In this document: in pieces, positions 38,432 to 47,839 of the stretch
Numbering within the stretch: the stretch's first letter is position 1
Layout of the letters: every line of letters begins with the position of its first letter
Source: a virus
UHGV virus genome: UHGV-0182465
Reading direction: 5' to 3' (one strand)
Length of the DNA stretch: 57,564 nt
Translations under genes and position numbers: made by a program
The notes under the pieces: model-generated
Seen by the model: the letters and a program-made list of their open reading frames with translations, nothing else
Database searches by the model: none
What the model was told of the DNA's origin: nothing

Positions 38432-39004
38432 TTCCAAGAACCCTCAGGCAGTTTTCAAAATCATCATCCCGGGCCACGGCAGAGGGTGCTGCAGATGACT
38501 GTGGAGCCGCCAGCGGTGGTTTTCCCTCTTCTTTAAGGAGCGCAAAGTACGCCTCCCAGTAGGTCAGGATGTTCGCAGGCATGGCGGCCAGTTTCGTGGG
38601 GTCCGGCTCACCCCAGCGATCTGCCAGCGCAAACAGGGTGCGCAGCTGGGGTGATTCGGTTAGTTTTTTTTGGCATCTTCCAGTGTGCCGATAGCATGAC
38701 GCTGTACAGCAATGACTGCCTCCAGCAGATCTGCTCCCGAATGGGCTGACAGAAAAGCCTCTGCAGCCGGGAGTTCATCCGCTGCCGGGCGGCTTCCGTC
38801 CTCATTTACCAGCGCAGATAGAAACAGTGTGATGCCACGGATAGAGGTCTGGCGAGCGTTGTCATCGCTCTTTTCCAGTGCCTGCAGATCGGCTTCATAA
38901 TCCCATAGTTCCTCCTGCGTCAGGCGGCGGATAAAGATCTGCTGGCCAAGCAGCGTAATCGGGTGGGCTTTGATAATAGGGTTGAGAAGGTTTTGATAAT
39001 TCAC
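38424..39004 (-). CDS. GT: Tail assembly chaperone G-T fusion produced by a programmed -1 ribosomal frameshift at A_AAA_AAC (38663-38671)
   Basis: The slippery heptamer A AAA AAC is the last sense codons of G. The -1 frame is open for 79 codons (LTESPQLRTLFALADRWGEPDPTKLAAMPANILTYWEAYFALLKEEGKPPLAAPQSSAAPSAVARDDDFENCLRVLGNG) and stops at TGA overlapping the H start codon. Length and frame were verified by nucleotide count (240 nt). Confidence 0.7.
38660..39004 (-). CDS. G: Tail assembly chaperone G-like
   Basis: 114 aa acidic protein directly upstream of the tape measure. It ends ...EDAKKN* at the slippery run. Confidence 0.65.
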   Translation of the reverse strand: MNYQNLLNPIIKAHPITLLGQQIFIRRLTQEELWDYEADLQALEKSDDNARQTSIRGITLFLSALVNEDGSRPAADELPAAEAFLSAHSGADLLEAVIAVQRHAIGTLEDAKKN

Positions 39005-39018
39005 AGTCGTTATTCCTT

Positions 39019-39498
39019 TTATTCAGTGCCACTATTGGCGGCGTTCGTGGTAGTCCACTTCACGCCGCCGTTCTGCTTGCCGTATACCTCGTCCTGCAGG
39101 ACTTTACCATCAGGCTGGTCAACGGCCTGCTGCGCCCATCCGGACAGCACCAGCTCCATTTCCGCCGAGCGGCCATTTGGGAAGTCGAAGAAAAACACCA
39201 CGGTCTTATTGGCCTCCGCCGCTTCCAGCAATGCCTGCTGATTCGCATCTGTCGGATCGGCAATAAACACCAGGGTCTTATCCTCACCCTCGCCCATATC
39301 GGCCATGTATTTCGGATCACGGTCAATCAGGCGTGTCACCTTCATGAAGGTGCCCTTTTTGCCTACGGCACCGATGGCCATCGTACTTTGCAGTAGTTTT
39401 GCCGCCGCCTTCAGCGTGCCTTTCATACCCCAGTACGTGCGGGTTCCCGCCGGAATGCTTGCATATTCCGAAGGGCTTTTAATGACGTCTTCACTCAT
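39019..39498 (-). CDS. Major tail (tube) protein, 159 aa
   Basis: Sits immediately upstream of G/GT. Size and beta-rich composition fit a tail tube protein, but it is not lambda V-like. Confidence 0.5.
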   Translation of the reverse strand: MSEDVIKSPSEYASIPAGTRTYWGMKGTLKAAAKLLQSTMAIGAVGKKGTFMKVTRLIDRDPKYMADMGEGEDKTLVFIADPTDANQQALLEAAEANKTVVFFFDFPNGRSAEMELVLSGWAQQAVDQPDGKVLQDEVYGKQNGGVKWTTTNAANSGTE

Positions 39499-39518
39499 TT
39501 TTTTCTCTCTCTTTTTGA

Positions 39519-39932
39519 CTACCGGCCTTCCAGCCCATAGCGAATTTCAGCTGCCAGTATCGACAGCACTTTTTCGACGTTGTAATCCAGCGCCGGACGG
39601 ATAAACGGCTTAGCCACCTGTTTCACCGTGCCGAACTCCTGCGCCAGCGCTTTCATGTGATGCGCTTTGCTGGGACCGACTCGAAACGTGATGAGAGTCC
39701 CGTAGCGCTCGCTCTTTGCTCCGCTGGTTGAGCTACGGATTTTGATCGTGTCGCGCATGTGCGGCCCGCCGCTTAACTCGTCGTAGCCGGCGTTTTGCTG
39801 CATATCCTCCTGCACGATGGCCAGCGCCCGGCGCCCGGCATCACGCAACAACCTGGTGCTGACTTTCTTGTCCATCTCGGAAATCAGGCGTTCAAAATCC
39901 TTCCCCGACGGGAATTTCATCTCAATGCGCAT
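39519..39932 (-). CDS. Tail-completion protein, HK97 gp10 family-like
   Basis: C-terminal AKPFIRPAL motif. The start at the internal ATG 39932 avoids a 56-bp overlap with the upstream gene. Confidence 0.45.
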   Translation of the reverse strand: MRIEMKFPSGKDFERLISEMDKKVSTRLLRDAGRRALAIVQEDMQQNAGYDELSGGPHMRDTIKIRSSTSGAKSERYGTLITFRVGPSKAHHMKALAQEFGTVKQVAKPFIRPALDYNVEKVLSILAAEIRYGLEGR

Positions 39933-39936
39933 GGGG

Positions 39937-40317
39937 TTACTCCGGAGTGGTGAATATAAAGTCGCGCACCAGACGGTACTGGATGCGACCACTGGTCAGC
40001 GTGATCTTGTCCTGCTGGATACTGCCGCGCGTCACGTAACTGACCGGACAATCCTCAAGCCGGCTTTGCACAATGGCTTTCCATTCTGACCAAAGCTGCT
40101 TATCCAGCATCAGCAGGCGGCTGTAGTTATCGATCAGATAAATCGCCACCTGTATGCGGACAGAGGAAATCCCGGTTCTGGCCAGGCCAGCCCCTACCGG
40201 CGCATCCGAAATACGCTGGTATGTCACCCCTTCCTGGACCGTGTCCGGCAGTAAAAGCGGATACGCATTCATGCCGGTGATGCGCTCCAGCGCACCCTTA
40301 ATCGCCAGCTCTATCAT
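39937..40317 (-). CDS. Tail/neck component (DUF3168-like), start at MIELAIKG
   Basis: MIELAIKGALERITGMNAYPLLLPD... is typical of the N-terminus of this family. Overlaps the upstream gene by 20 bp. Confidence 0.45.
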   Translation of the reverse strand: MIELAIKGALERITGMNAYPLLLPDTVQEGVTYQRISDAPVGAGLARTGISSVRIQVAIYLIDNYSRLLMLDKQLWSEWKAIVQSRLEDCPVSYVTRGSIQQDKITLTSGRIQYRLVRDFIFTTPE

Positions 40318-40636
40318 GCCGCCCGTCAGCCTCCCCCGTGATAATGATCCGGTCCGTTTTGCGGTCGATATTCCGGACGGTATAAACCAGGTTTTTCGTC
40401 GTGATTTTCCAGTCGATATCAACCAGCACACCCGGATAGACCGTAAACAGGCAGGTTTCCACCACCTGCTGCTGATCCAGCGTGCGGACTTTTCGCCCCG
40501 ATACCAGCTCCCGTTTTGCCCACGCTTTTCCCGATTCAACCTGCTTTTCCGGTAGCGGTTCGCCCAGCGGCCCCCGACCGGACTGAACGTAGCTAATCGC
40601 AATGCGACAGTTCATATCACCCGGTTTCAGGCTCAT
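40298..40636 (-). CDS. Head closure / head-tail adaptor protein
   Basis: MSLKPGDMNCRIAISYVQ... is the characteristic N-terminus of SPP1 gp16/HK97 gp9-type head-tail joining proteins. About 112 aa. Confidence 0.5.
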   Translation of the reverse strand: MSLKPGDMNCRIAISYVQSGRGPLGEPLPEKQVESGKAWAKRELVSGRKVRTLDQQQVVETCLFTVYPGVLVDIDWKITTKNLVYTVRNIDRKTDRIIITGEADGRHDRAGD

Positions 40637-40950
40637 AGCGTATGCTCCTGCAGGGGGAAAAGAAGATGCCTCACCGCAGCGGTTTCCAGCCACTGTCCGG
40701 TATGGCCATTCAGATACGCATCGCTGATCAGAAACTGAATGGCCAGCCGGATATCTTCATCCGCGATAAATCCGCGGACGGTTTCCGGGAGTGCCTGCAG
40801 CTCTTCATCACTGGTGACCAGCTTGCAGTAATAATCACGCTCGATGCTCCGCTGCGCGGCGTTCACCATTTGCGTGAGCATGGCGTCATGCTCCGTGAAA
40901 TCCAGTTCCAGGCGTAGCTGGGTTTTCACATCATCCAATGTCAGTATCAA
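40633..40950 (-). CDS. gp6-like head-tail connector protein
   Basis: 105 aa. LTLDDVKTQLRLELD...D..L is typical of the gp6/QLRG connector family. Follows the capsid module. Confidence 0.5.
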   Translation of the reverse strand: MILTLDDVKTQLRLELDFTEHDAMLTQMVNAAQRSIERDYYCKLVTSDEELQALPETVRGFIADEDIRLAIQFLISDAYLNGHTGQWLETAAVRHLLFPLQEHTL

Positions 40951-41191
40951 AATCGCTGTCTCCCGGCTTCGGTTTCAGCGCACGTTCGGCATCCTCCGGC
41001 CATACCGCGATACGCCGGTTAACCAGCTCTTCGGCGCGCGTTCCTTCAAAGCACGCGATATCTCCACGGGAATAACGGTGGTGCGGCCCAAGGAACACAA
41101 CGGATTTACGCTCTGCCTGTGCGACCACGGTCGCATGGTTGTCCTGTGCGACCGTTTCTTCCGACTCCACTGCTTTATTTTTCGCAGCCAT
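40931..41191 (-). CDS. Hypothetical head-associated protein, 86 aa
   Basis: AGGAG RBS 7 nt upstream of the ATG at 41191. Lies between the major capsid and connector genes. Confidence 0.4.
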   Translation of the reverse strand: MAAKNKAVESEETVAQDNHATVVAQAERKSVVFLGPHHRYSRGDIACFEGTRAEELVNRRIAVWPEDAERALKPKPGDSDFDTDIG

Positions 41192-41249
41192 AACATTCTC
41201 CTGAAAGGGAAAAGCCCGCATATGCGGGCCGTATTTACTGAGGGATGGG

Positions 41250-42536
41250 TTAGAACAGGACGCCGGTACCCAGCACCAGGCCTTCCGGATGACGGAAGCC
41301 AATATCATGCTCAGTAACAACGCGGATTAGCGACTGGTTACGGGAAAACGCAGATACCAGGGTGCCATCGGCATCGATGTAAGAGGCTTCCTTCGAGAAG
41401 TCGACTTTCATATTGCCGTCTTCAGCAATAACCACATCATTGAAGTCAGCAAAGTAAATCTCAGTCTCCTTACCCCCGGTCCCCAGATTCGCAGGGATCG
41501 CGCTGGTACGCTGAACCGGATATCCTTTAAGTAATCCCTGAGCCATTTCCGGATAGACTTTGTTGCCGTTGCCGTCACGCAGCCCAAACAACTTCATATA
41601 GGTACGGTTCGACATGCCCCAGCCGCTGCTGATCATATTGCTGTTGCCGTCCATCGCCATCAAAATGATCTTGTCCAGGTACTCGTCAACCGTGTTCAGG
41701 TTGATCGCTGCATCAGCTTCCCACGGCAGCAGGCGGTTCCACTGCGTCGCGCGCGCCTTCATACCAATCGGTGTATCGCCGGTACCGTCATCGCGCATAA
41801 AGGCTTTATCCTCACGCACTGAGATGGCGGTCAGAATATCCTGCAGGACCAGCTGCTCGACGTTGAATCCGGCGCGGCCAATCAGTGCATTGGAAATAGG
41901 CACCATCGCAATCAGAGTTTTCGCCGTAAGTTTTACATCATCAAAGCGTGTTTCTGATGTCTTGGCGTCTTTGTTTTCTCCTGTGTAGCTTGCCGTTGCT
42001 CCACCGGCCACGCGTGGTAGCGTCATATTACCGTTAGGCAGCGGAACGGGACGGGCACCCAGCTTGCGGACGATGGTTCGGTCGCTCAGTAGCTCGATCA
42101 CCTCACTGTGGAGGTTCTGCGGAATAAGCACACCCCCGGACGCCGCTGCGGTGGAAATGGCCATCGATACGGACTGGTCATTCAGCTCTTCTGAAGCGAA
42201 TTTTGCCGCGTCCTGCAGATTCCCTGCGCCTGCGGCGACAGACATAACCAGTCGGGTCATGCCAGCACCGGTGTACTGTTTCGGCTCCTGCTTAACAATA
42301 ATGCCGGGGGCCTGCTGAGTCGCTTTCACGGGTTTTGCGACCAGCGCCGCAGCACGTTCGGCGGCTTCCAGACGTTCAATTTTGGCGCTGATATCAGTGA
42401 ACTGCTGCTGCAGGTTCGCAAACTCCGTCATCTGCTCCGCAGTCAGCGTGCCGCCGCTGGCGTCAATGGTTGCCAGGGCCTGAACCTGTTCGTTGATACC
42501 CGCACGCTGACGACGCAATTCTTCAATATGTGGCAT
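41250..42536 (-). CDS. HK97-fold major capsid protein with an N-terminal delta/scaffold domain
   Basis: N-terminal coiled coil (EELRRQRAGINEQVQAL...ERLEAAERAAAL), then the HK97 MCP body. Located downstream of the S49 protease. Confidence 0.8.
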   Translation of the reverse strand: MPHIEELRRQRAGINEQVQALATIDASGGTLTAEQMTEFANLQQQFTDISAKIERLEAAERAAALVAKPVKATQQAPGIIVKQEPKQYTGAGMTRLVMSVAAGAGNLQDAAKFASEELNDQSVSMAISTAAASGGVLIPQNLHSEVIELLSDRTIVRKLGARPVPLPNGNMTLPRVAGGATASYTGENKDAKTSETRFDDVKLTAKTLIAMVPISNALIGRAGFNVEQLVLQDILTAISVREDKAFMRDDGTGDTPIGMKARATQWNRLLPWEADAAINLNTVDEYLDKIILMAMDGNSNMISSGWGMSNRTYMKLFGLRDGNGNKVYPEMAQGLLKGYPVQRTSAIPANLGTGGKETEIYFADFNDVVIAEDGNMKVDFSKEASYIDADGTLVSAFSRNQSLIRVVTEHDIGFRHPEGLVLGTGVLF

Positions 42537-42613
42537 TTTATTTCTCTCTTTTTAGACATAAAAAAAGCAGCCTGCTGGCTGCTTAAGGTGACGCGGTTTG
42601 TGTTTGCGCCGGG

Positions 42614-43534
42614 TTACATTTTGGTTTGCAGGTCCATCGCGGCTGCCTGCATCTGAATGGAGGTTTTTTGACGGGGTTGCTGATACTTTGCCGCGATAGC
42701 ATTGATCGCCGCCTGGGGGTCAGAGACTTCATCCGCCAGGCCGGCTGACACAGCGCCAGGGCCAAAATACAGCCCCGCCTGCGTATCAATGATGGCCTGC
42801 TGCTTCAGGCCGCGATATTCGGCCACCGACCCCGTAAACGTCTCGTACATTTCGTCGATCATGCCCTGGAACATACCCAGCGACTCTTCACTCAGTGGTT
42901 CATGTTGGGTGCCGTTATTTTTGTTATCTCCCCGGTAAATGGTGGTGAACGTCAGCCCCATTTTTTCTTCCATCTTCGACGTATCGAGGTGCTCCATGAT
43001 CACACCAATCGACCCCACGCCACTGGTCTGGCTGACGATGATTTTGCTGCAGGCCGATGCGATGAAATACGCGGCGGAATACGCGCTGTAGTTCACAATC
43101 GCCGTGATGGGTTTCGTGTCGCGAGACTGATAAATGTAATCGGCCAGCTCCTTGCACCCCACCGCTGCGCCGCCGCCGGAGTTAATATCCAGAACGATTT
43201 CGCTGATTGAGGGGTCGTTTAACGCAGCCTGCAACTGCCCGCGGATCCGCTCGTAGCTGGTCAGCTCGGAGCACATCGCCGTAATCTGCCCCCGGCGTGG
43301 AACGAGAATGCCGTGAACGGGGATCACCGCCACCCCGCCGGTGGGCTGGACCTGCTCAGCAGCAGGTGATTTACCCGGATTCAATGCCATCTGAATGGCG
43401 GCATCTTCGGTGATCCCCTGAATACGGGGGATGAGCACCGCTTTCACGGAGTCCATTGTTTGCCGCGTCACGTAATGCGGCACGCCAAAGACCATATCTG
43501 CCAGGTGCGGCAGGTTAATTAATTTCGTTGTCAT
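42614..43534 (-). CDS. Prohead protease, peptidase S49 (SppA/ClpP-like), lambda C-type
   Basis: IVLDINSGGGAAVG...SAAYFIASACSKIIVSQTSGVGSIGV are S49 motifs. Confidence 0.8.
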   Translation of the reverse strand: MTTKLINLPHLADMVFGVPHYVTRQTMDSVKAVLIPRIQGITEDAAIQMALNPGKSPAAEQVQPTGGVAVIPVHGILVPRRGQITAMCSELTSYERIRGQLQAALNDPSISEIVLDINSGGGAAVGCKELADYIYQSRDTKPITAIVNYSAYSAAYFIASACSKIIVSQTSGVGSIGVIMEHLDTSKMEEKMGLTFTTIYRGDNKNNGTQHEPLSEESLGMFQGMIDEMYETFTGSVAEYRGLKQQAIIDTQAGLYFGPGAVSAGLADEVSDPQAAINAIAAKYQQPRQKTSIQMQAAAMDLQTKM

Positions 43535-43570
43535 GTTGTCTTCCAGGTCATCCCGCGCGGCGGGAAATAA

Positions 43571-44830
43571 TCAGGCTCTGGCCAGAAGGGTTTCGATTTC
43601 GGCCAGCTGTTTTGCTGTCGGCGACTTATCGCCAGGAAGGATCTTCGCGCTGTCGACCATATTGAGCGGCGTCAGGTATTTGTCCCCGCCGGCAATTGGC
43701 GGCAGATTCTCCATACGCCGGATATCGTTAGTGGATAGCCATCCCCACTGGCGGCCCAGCGCATACGATTCATAGCGTGACTTCTGGTCGCCTCGCATCA
43801 GCCCGGAAACGTTGAACTCGATGTACAAATCGCGACGTTCGCTGGGCAGAAGCAGATCGCGCTGCAGCGCACCCTCATGGCGTTTCAGCCATGCCAGCAG
43901 CGTGTACATCACGAACTGCAGGCCCTGGTGCTCAATGTTGTTGTTGGTCGCTTTCGCCAACATCTGCACCATATGTGGCGGGATTTTATAGAGCCGGCAG
44001 ACCTCTTCCACGCCCCACTGCCGCGACTGTAGCAGCTGCGCCTTTTCGTTATCCTGCGACAGTTGTTTGTAGCTCATGCCCTCCTGCAGCAATGCCACAG
44101 AGAACATATTGTGAATACCGGAATGGCGCTCGGTCCATTTCGCCAGCAGGCGATCAATAGCATCCTGGCTTTTAATGGTCGCGGCCTCTTTCGGACGCTC
44201 TATCACCCCGCTCATCGTTGTCCCGCGCCGGAATGTCGCGGCCGCATGCTCCTCAACCGCCAGATTTAGCCCCAGAACATCGGCGTTCGTCTGAATGGGG
44301 GAACTGCCGATATAGCCATCCAGAGAAAAGACCTTCACATGGTGCATCATGCGCATCGGCAGAATTTCACCGACTTCCGGGAGTTCGTAATACGGCATAC
44401 CGTCCGGCCCTTTCAGCACAATGACCTTTTTCGGGTTAATGGGGATCAGCTCTTTCGGGTAGCCTTTTCCGTCCCGTTCGATGATCGAGTAGCAATTTCC
44501 CTCAAGCCCCAGCAACCCCTGCTGCTGCTCGAAATACTCGAATGAGGTGTCTTTCCTGTTGGGCTGGGAGTGGATCAGGTCATAAACCGGGTGGTCCGTC
44601 GCACGCTGGCGCCCGCCATTTTTATCCCGCCGGTAGAGTTCGCACGGCAGCTGCGCGACGGACTCCGCCAGGAGGGTGACACAGGCCCGGACCGCTGAAA
44701 GTCCAAGAGCGGTTTCCGGCGTGATTATGATGCCAGTTTTGCTCTGGCTTGAACGAACCCCGCCCAGCATGGCTTCCCAGAAGCTATTACCCGAGTATTG
44801 TCGGCCCCTGAACATCTGGGGTAGGAACAT
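43571..44830 (-). CDS. Portal protein, HK97 family
   Basis: 419 aa with HK97-family portal signature regions. A GGAGG RBS precedes the start, which overlaps the upstream stop. Confidence 0.8.
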   Translation of the reverse strand: MFLPQMFRGRQYSGNSFWEAMLGGVRSSQSKTGIIITPETALGLSAVRACVTLLAESVAQLPCELYRRDKNGGRQRATDHPVYDLIHSQPNRKDTSFEYFEQQQGLLGLEGNCYSIIERDGKGYPKELIPINPKKVIVLKGPDGMPYYELPEVGEILPMRMMHHVKVFSLDGYIGSSPIQTNADVLGLNLAVEEHAAATFRRGTTMSGVIERPKEAATIKSQDAIDRLLAKWTERHSGIHNMFSVALLQEGMSYKQLSQDNEKAQLLQSRQWGVEEVCRLYKIPPHMVQMLAKATNNNIEHQGLQFVMYTLLAWLKRHEGALQRDLLLPSERRDLYIEFNVSGLMRGDQKSRYESYALGRQWGWLSTNDIRRMENLPPIAGGDKYLTPLNMVDSAKILPGDKSPTAKQLAEIETLLARA

Positions 44831-45009
44831 TATTTACCTCCGCCATTGCTGACGCCGGAGGAAAAGGCCCGGGTTGTCATATATGACCAGCCCAGACAAA
44901 TAATCCCTCCTGTTATCAATCCCACTGATGGAGAAATAAGCCAGGCGCCTGCTGATAACAATCCAGCACCAGTGAGGCCGACAATAAAACTCAGAACTGA
45001 AATTAGCAT
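44830..45009 (-). CDS. Unannotated 59-aa two-TM membrane protein between TerL and portal
   Basis: MLISVLSFIVGLTGAGLLSAGAWLISPSVGLITGGIICLGWSYMTTRAFSSGVSNGGGK*. The ATG lies 1 nt after the TerL stop, and its TAA overlaps the portal ATG (TAATG). Missed because it is under 60 aa. Confidence 0.45.
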   Translation of the reverse strand: MLISVLSFIVGLTGAGLLSAGAWLISPSVGLITGGIICLGWSYMTTRAFSSGVSNGGGK

Positions 45010-46724
45010 GCTATATCTTCCTCATCATATACGGATGTCATCACTGAACTGTTAAGCATGGCGCGCCCCAGCCCCATCATTAAACCAACCGCACCATCTA
45101 TCTTGTTCTGCCGCCCTTCCTTCCCGGGACGCACAATATCGTCACTTCCGGGAAGATACTGGCCGACAATATTGGAAATACACCAGTTCATGACAGGGTG
45201 TCCGTCATGATGGAATCTCCCCGAGATGAGCGCAGCCTCAATCTCTCTCATAGGATCACTCATATGGGTAAAATTTTGTCTTATCTCGACAGGCTCAAGC
45301 CCCTCTTCCTCGAGCATGTGACGTAATGAAGTCGCGCCATAAGGGTCAATGGGGCATTGGGCAATTTTTACGGTATTCCGCAATTTCAGGATCGTTTCAA
45401 ATATCAGTCTGTAATCAACTTCACCGCCATCGGTCGGGATCAACTTCCCCTGCCGGACAAAGGACTGATAACGTTCTGCGGTACTCTTCAGCGCGGTCTC
45501 CTGCGAGTAAATGGTTTCTTCCGGTGCCCAGAACAGAGGAGAAACACAGTAAAAATGTGTTATTCCGTCTATTTCACGACGAAAAACCGGAACCACGGCA
45601 TTGAGGTCAACTTTCGAGGCCAGATCGATACCCAGCCAGCATTCCTCCCCTTCAAAATCTGACAACTTAAGGGTTTTATCGGCCGCATCCATCCATTTTC
45701 TCAGGTCGTAATAAGCTGATTTTGCACTTACCCAGCGATTGAAATGTTTGGTCAGAATCTTGTTTGTCTGCCCGGGCGTCGACATACCCAATAATTGTTT
45801 CGCCCGGAGAAAATCTGCTTTTACCGAAATGCCATAGTTGGGGTTTGCCTTGATTAATGCCTCAGGAGTCGTCCAGTCATCATCGTCATCAAGGCCATAA
45901 ATCAGCCCAAATATGGTTTCATTTTCCTCGCCATTACGGGTTCTCCGCAGGATCTCGACAACCTGAGTACGCTTTTCATAGCAAGGGGATGTAATGTCAT
46001 AGCCGGCAGTGGTGATGATCAGTGTCATCGGTTGTTCACGAGCCCCCATACCGGTGGTCATGGTGGTGTAAAGCGCATCAGTAGTATGTTCGTGATATTC
46101 ATCAATGATGGCGCATGATGGCGAATCACCATCCCCCGGGTCACCGATCACAGGCGCAAAAACCGAACCGTCAGGGCGCGTCATTTTTTTTGCCCAGGGT
46201 TTTATCGAGAATTTTTGCCGCAATGCCGGCAGCTTTTTCACCATTTGCAGCGCCGGAGAAAATACCTTCCATGCCTGTTTTTCAGTCGTGGCGCCGCAAT
46301 AGACTTCTGCACCATGCTCGCCATCTGCACAAAACATATAATTTCCTACAGCAGCGGCAATAGCGGATTTCCCGTTCTTTCTGGGCACCTCGATATAGAT
46401 TTCAGAGAAACGACGCAGGCCTGTCTTCTTGTGTACCCATCCAAACGGTACGCCAAGAGCGAACTTCTGCCAGGCTTCAAATTCAATCCGGAGTTTACGC
46501 CGGGCCCATTCCCCTGAGGTATGAGGCATTTTCTGGGCAAAACGAAGAAATCGTTCTGCTTTGTTTTTATCGAAGCGGTAGGGCCAGTGGGGATCCTTTG
46601 CTCGTTCGAGGTCGTCCAGATGTCGCTGACAGGCAAGTATCGTTAACTGACACGCCAGAATCTTCCCGCCAACGATATCCCGCGCATACTGGTTCGCTGC
46701 ATTGACGTTCGGATAGGTTGCCAT
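45003..46724 (-). CDS. Terminase large subunit
   Basis: 573 aa. Walker A-like ...VYCGATTEKQAWKV... and a C-terminal nuclease region. The ATG overlaps the TerS stop. Confidence 0.85.
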   Translation of the reverse strand: MATYPNVNAANQYARDIVGGKILACQLTILACQRHLDDLERAKDPHWPYRFDKNKAERFLRFAQKMPHTSGEWARRKLRIEFEAWQKFALGVPFGWVHKKTGLRRFSEIYIEVPRKNGKSAIAAAVGNYMFCADGEHGAEVYCGATTEKQAWKVFSPALQMVKKLPALRQKFSIKPWAKKMTRPDGSVFAPVIGDPGDGDSPSCAIIDEYHEHTTDALYTTMTTGMGAREQPMTLIITTAGYDITSPCYEKRTQVVEILRRTRNGEENETIFGLIYGLDDDDDWTTPEALIKANPNYGISVKADFLRAKQLLGMSTPGQTNKILTKHFNRWVSAKSAYYDLRKWMDAADKTLKLSDFEGEECWLGIDLASKVDLNAVVPVFRREIDGITHFYCVSPLFWAPEETIYSQETALKSTAERYQSFVRQGKLIPTDGGEVDYRLIFETILKLRNTVKIAQCPIDPYGATSLRHMLEEEGLEPVEIRQNFTHMSDPMREIEAALISGRFHHDGHPVMNWCISNIVGQYLPGSDDIVRPGKEGRQNKIDGAVGLMMGLGRAMLNSSVMTSVYDEEDIAC

Positions 46725-47158
46725 CAGTCAAACTCATCGAATTCATTCCCGTCATCGTCCGGATCCTTTTGTCCGCTGGTCATGCGAAGACGACTGAGCG
46801 GATCTAACCCCAACAGAGAGCCCAGGCGGGCAAGCTGGGAAACCGAGTCATTCCGGACATTAACTGCAGGGTGTTTTTTCAGCCCCCCCATTTCACTTTC
46901 TGAGGTCAGTCCGCTGGCCAGCATTTTTTCGGCTTCGAGCATCAGATGAAAAGCATTGCAGTAAGCCAGCAACAAAGGTGCGTCCTCCAGCTCAAACACC
47001 CCTCGGTCGATGAGTATTTTGCTTTGCGTCTTCCACATTCTTATTGCCGCCTCCCCCATTAACTCAGCAGGAGGCGCAATACGTGTTAATTTGCTTTTTT
47101 GCCCGGTGGGTAAAGTGGGTTTTCGGCCACCACCGGACGATCGAATTCCTCCGGCCAT
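46724..47158 (-). CDS. Terminase small subunit, P27 family-like
   Basis: 144 aa. N-terminal MAGGIRSSGGGRKPTLPTGQK is typical of P27-family TerS. Sits directly upstream of TerL. Confidence 0.7.
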   Translation of the reverse strand: MAGGIRSSGGGRKPTLPTGQKSKLTRIAPPAELMGEAAIRMWKTQSKILIDRGVFELEDAPLLLAYCNAFHLMLEAEKMLASGLTSESEMGGLKKHPAVNVRNDSVSQLARLGSLLGLDPLSRLRMTSGQKDPDDDGNEFDEFD

Positions 47159-47407
47159 AAACGTTCCTTTGATAGATGAAACCTTCCGGAAAAAAGTTTC
47201 TTATTTCTGGCGTGTAAAAATAGACTTCAACGGGCAGTCCCGAAGCGCGAAAGGGGTCAGGGATTTGATCCCCCCTCCCCCCTGGCTGCAGCTGCCTCAC
47301 TCGAGGTGGAGGTCGTCATTCCGGCTGCGCCGGCGGCGAATACGGTTCGCACTGCGTGGGCCGGCATATCTCAGACGTTCAATGAACACCAGTTGTTATA
47401 CCGGCGG

Positions 47408-47839
47408 TCAGGATCCTGTCGCTGTAGCAGATCCTCCATCGGCCTGCAGTACGCTTTCTGGAAGCCGTTCATCTAATGGCTGGTTCTCGAACACCTTCAT
47501 CCCAAACTGACCGATCCAGGTGCTGACTGAGTTGATGTTCCCTGCGATGAAGTCGGTCACCTCGGCGATCAATCCTTTAACGACGACATCCGTACTCTGA
47601 CGCCAGTAATTCTCAATCGCGACCAGCAACGGATCGGAACCATTACTGACAGATTGTTCACCTACGCTATACGTTTTTTTCTTTGCGCTATCGGTGATAC
47701 ATCGCAGCTGGCTGGTCTGGACGGCTCCAACCTCTGCCGCAATGACCTGCATCGTCAACGTAGCCACTTTGTTCCCGTCTGCATCAGCGCTGGATGCATA
47801 GAACATGGAGAGCGTCAGATCCGAGCGTTGATACATCAT
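47408..47839 (-). CDS. Hypothetical phage protein, 143 aa
   Basis: Lies between the HNH and TerS genes on the minus strand. No family recognised. Confidence 0.4.
   Translation of the reverse strand: MMYQRSDLTLSMFYASSADADGNKVATLTMQVIAAEVGAVQTSQLRCITDSAKKKTYSVGEQSVSNGSDPLLVAIENYWRQSTDVVVKGLIAEVTDFIAGNINSVSTWIGQFGMKVFENQPLDERLPESVLQADGGSATATGS

Noticed and set aside
38431-38437. TTG start for the tape-measure gene at 38437, as used by the ORF track
   Set aside because: An ATG two codons downstream (38431) overlaps the G-T stop codon in the conserved ATGA-type coupling arrangement and is the more plausible initiator.
38608-38805. ORF 38608..38805 (-) as the T part of G-T
   Set aside because: Wrong frame. 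It does not connect to the slippery site and ends 170 bp before the tape-measure start. The verified -1 frame from A_AAA_AAC runs 79 codons to the TGA overlapping the H ATG.
39060-39326. ORF 39060..39326 (-) inside the major tail gene
   Set aside because: Alternative frame of a well-supported structural gene, with Arg/Trp-rich low-complexity translation.
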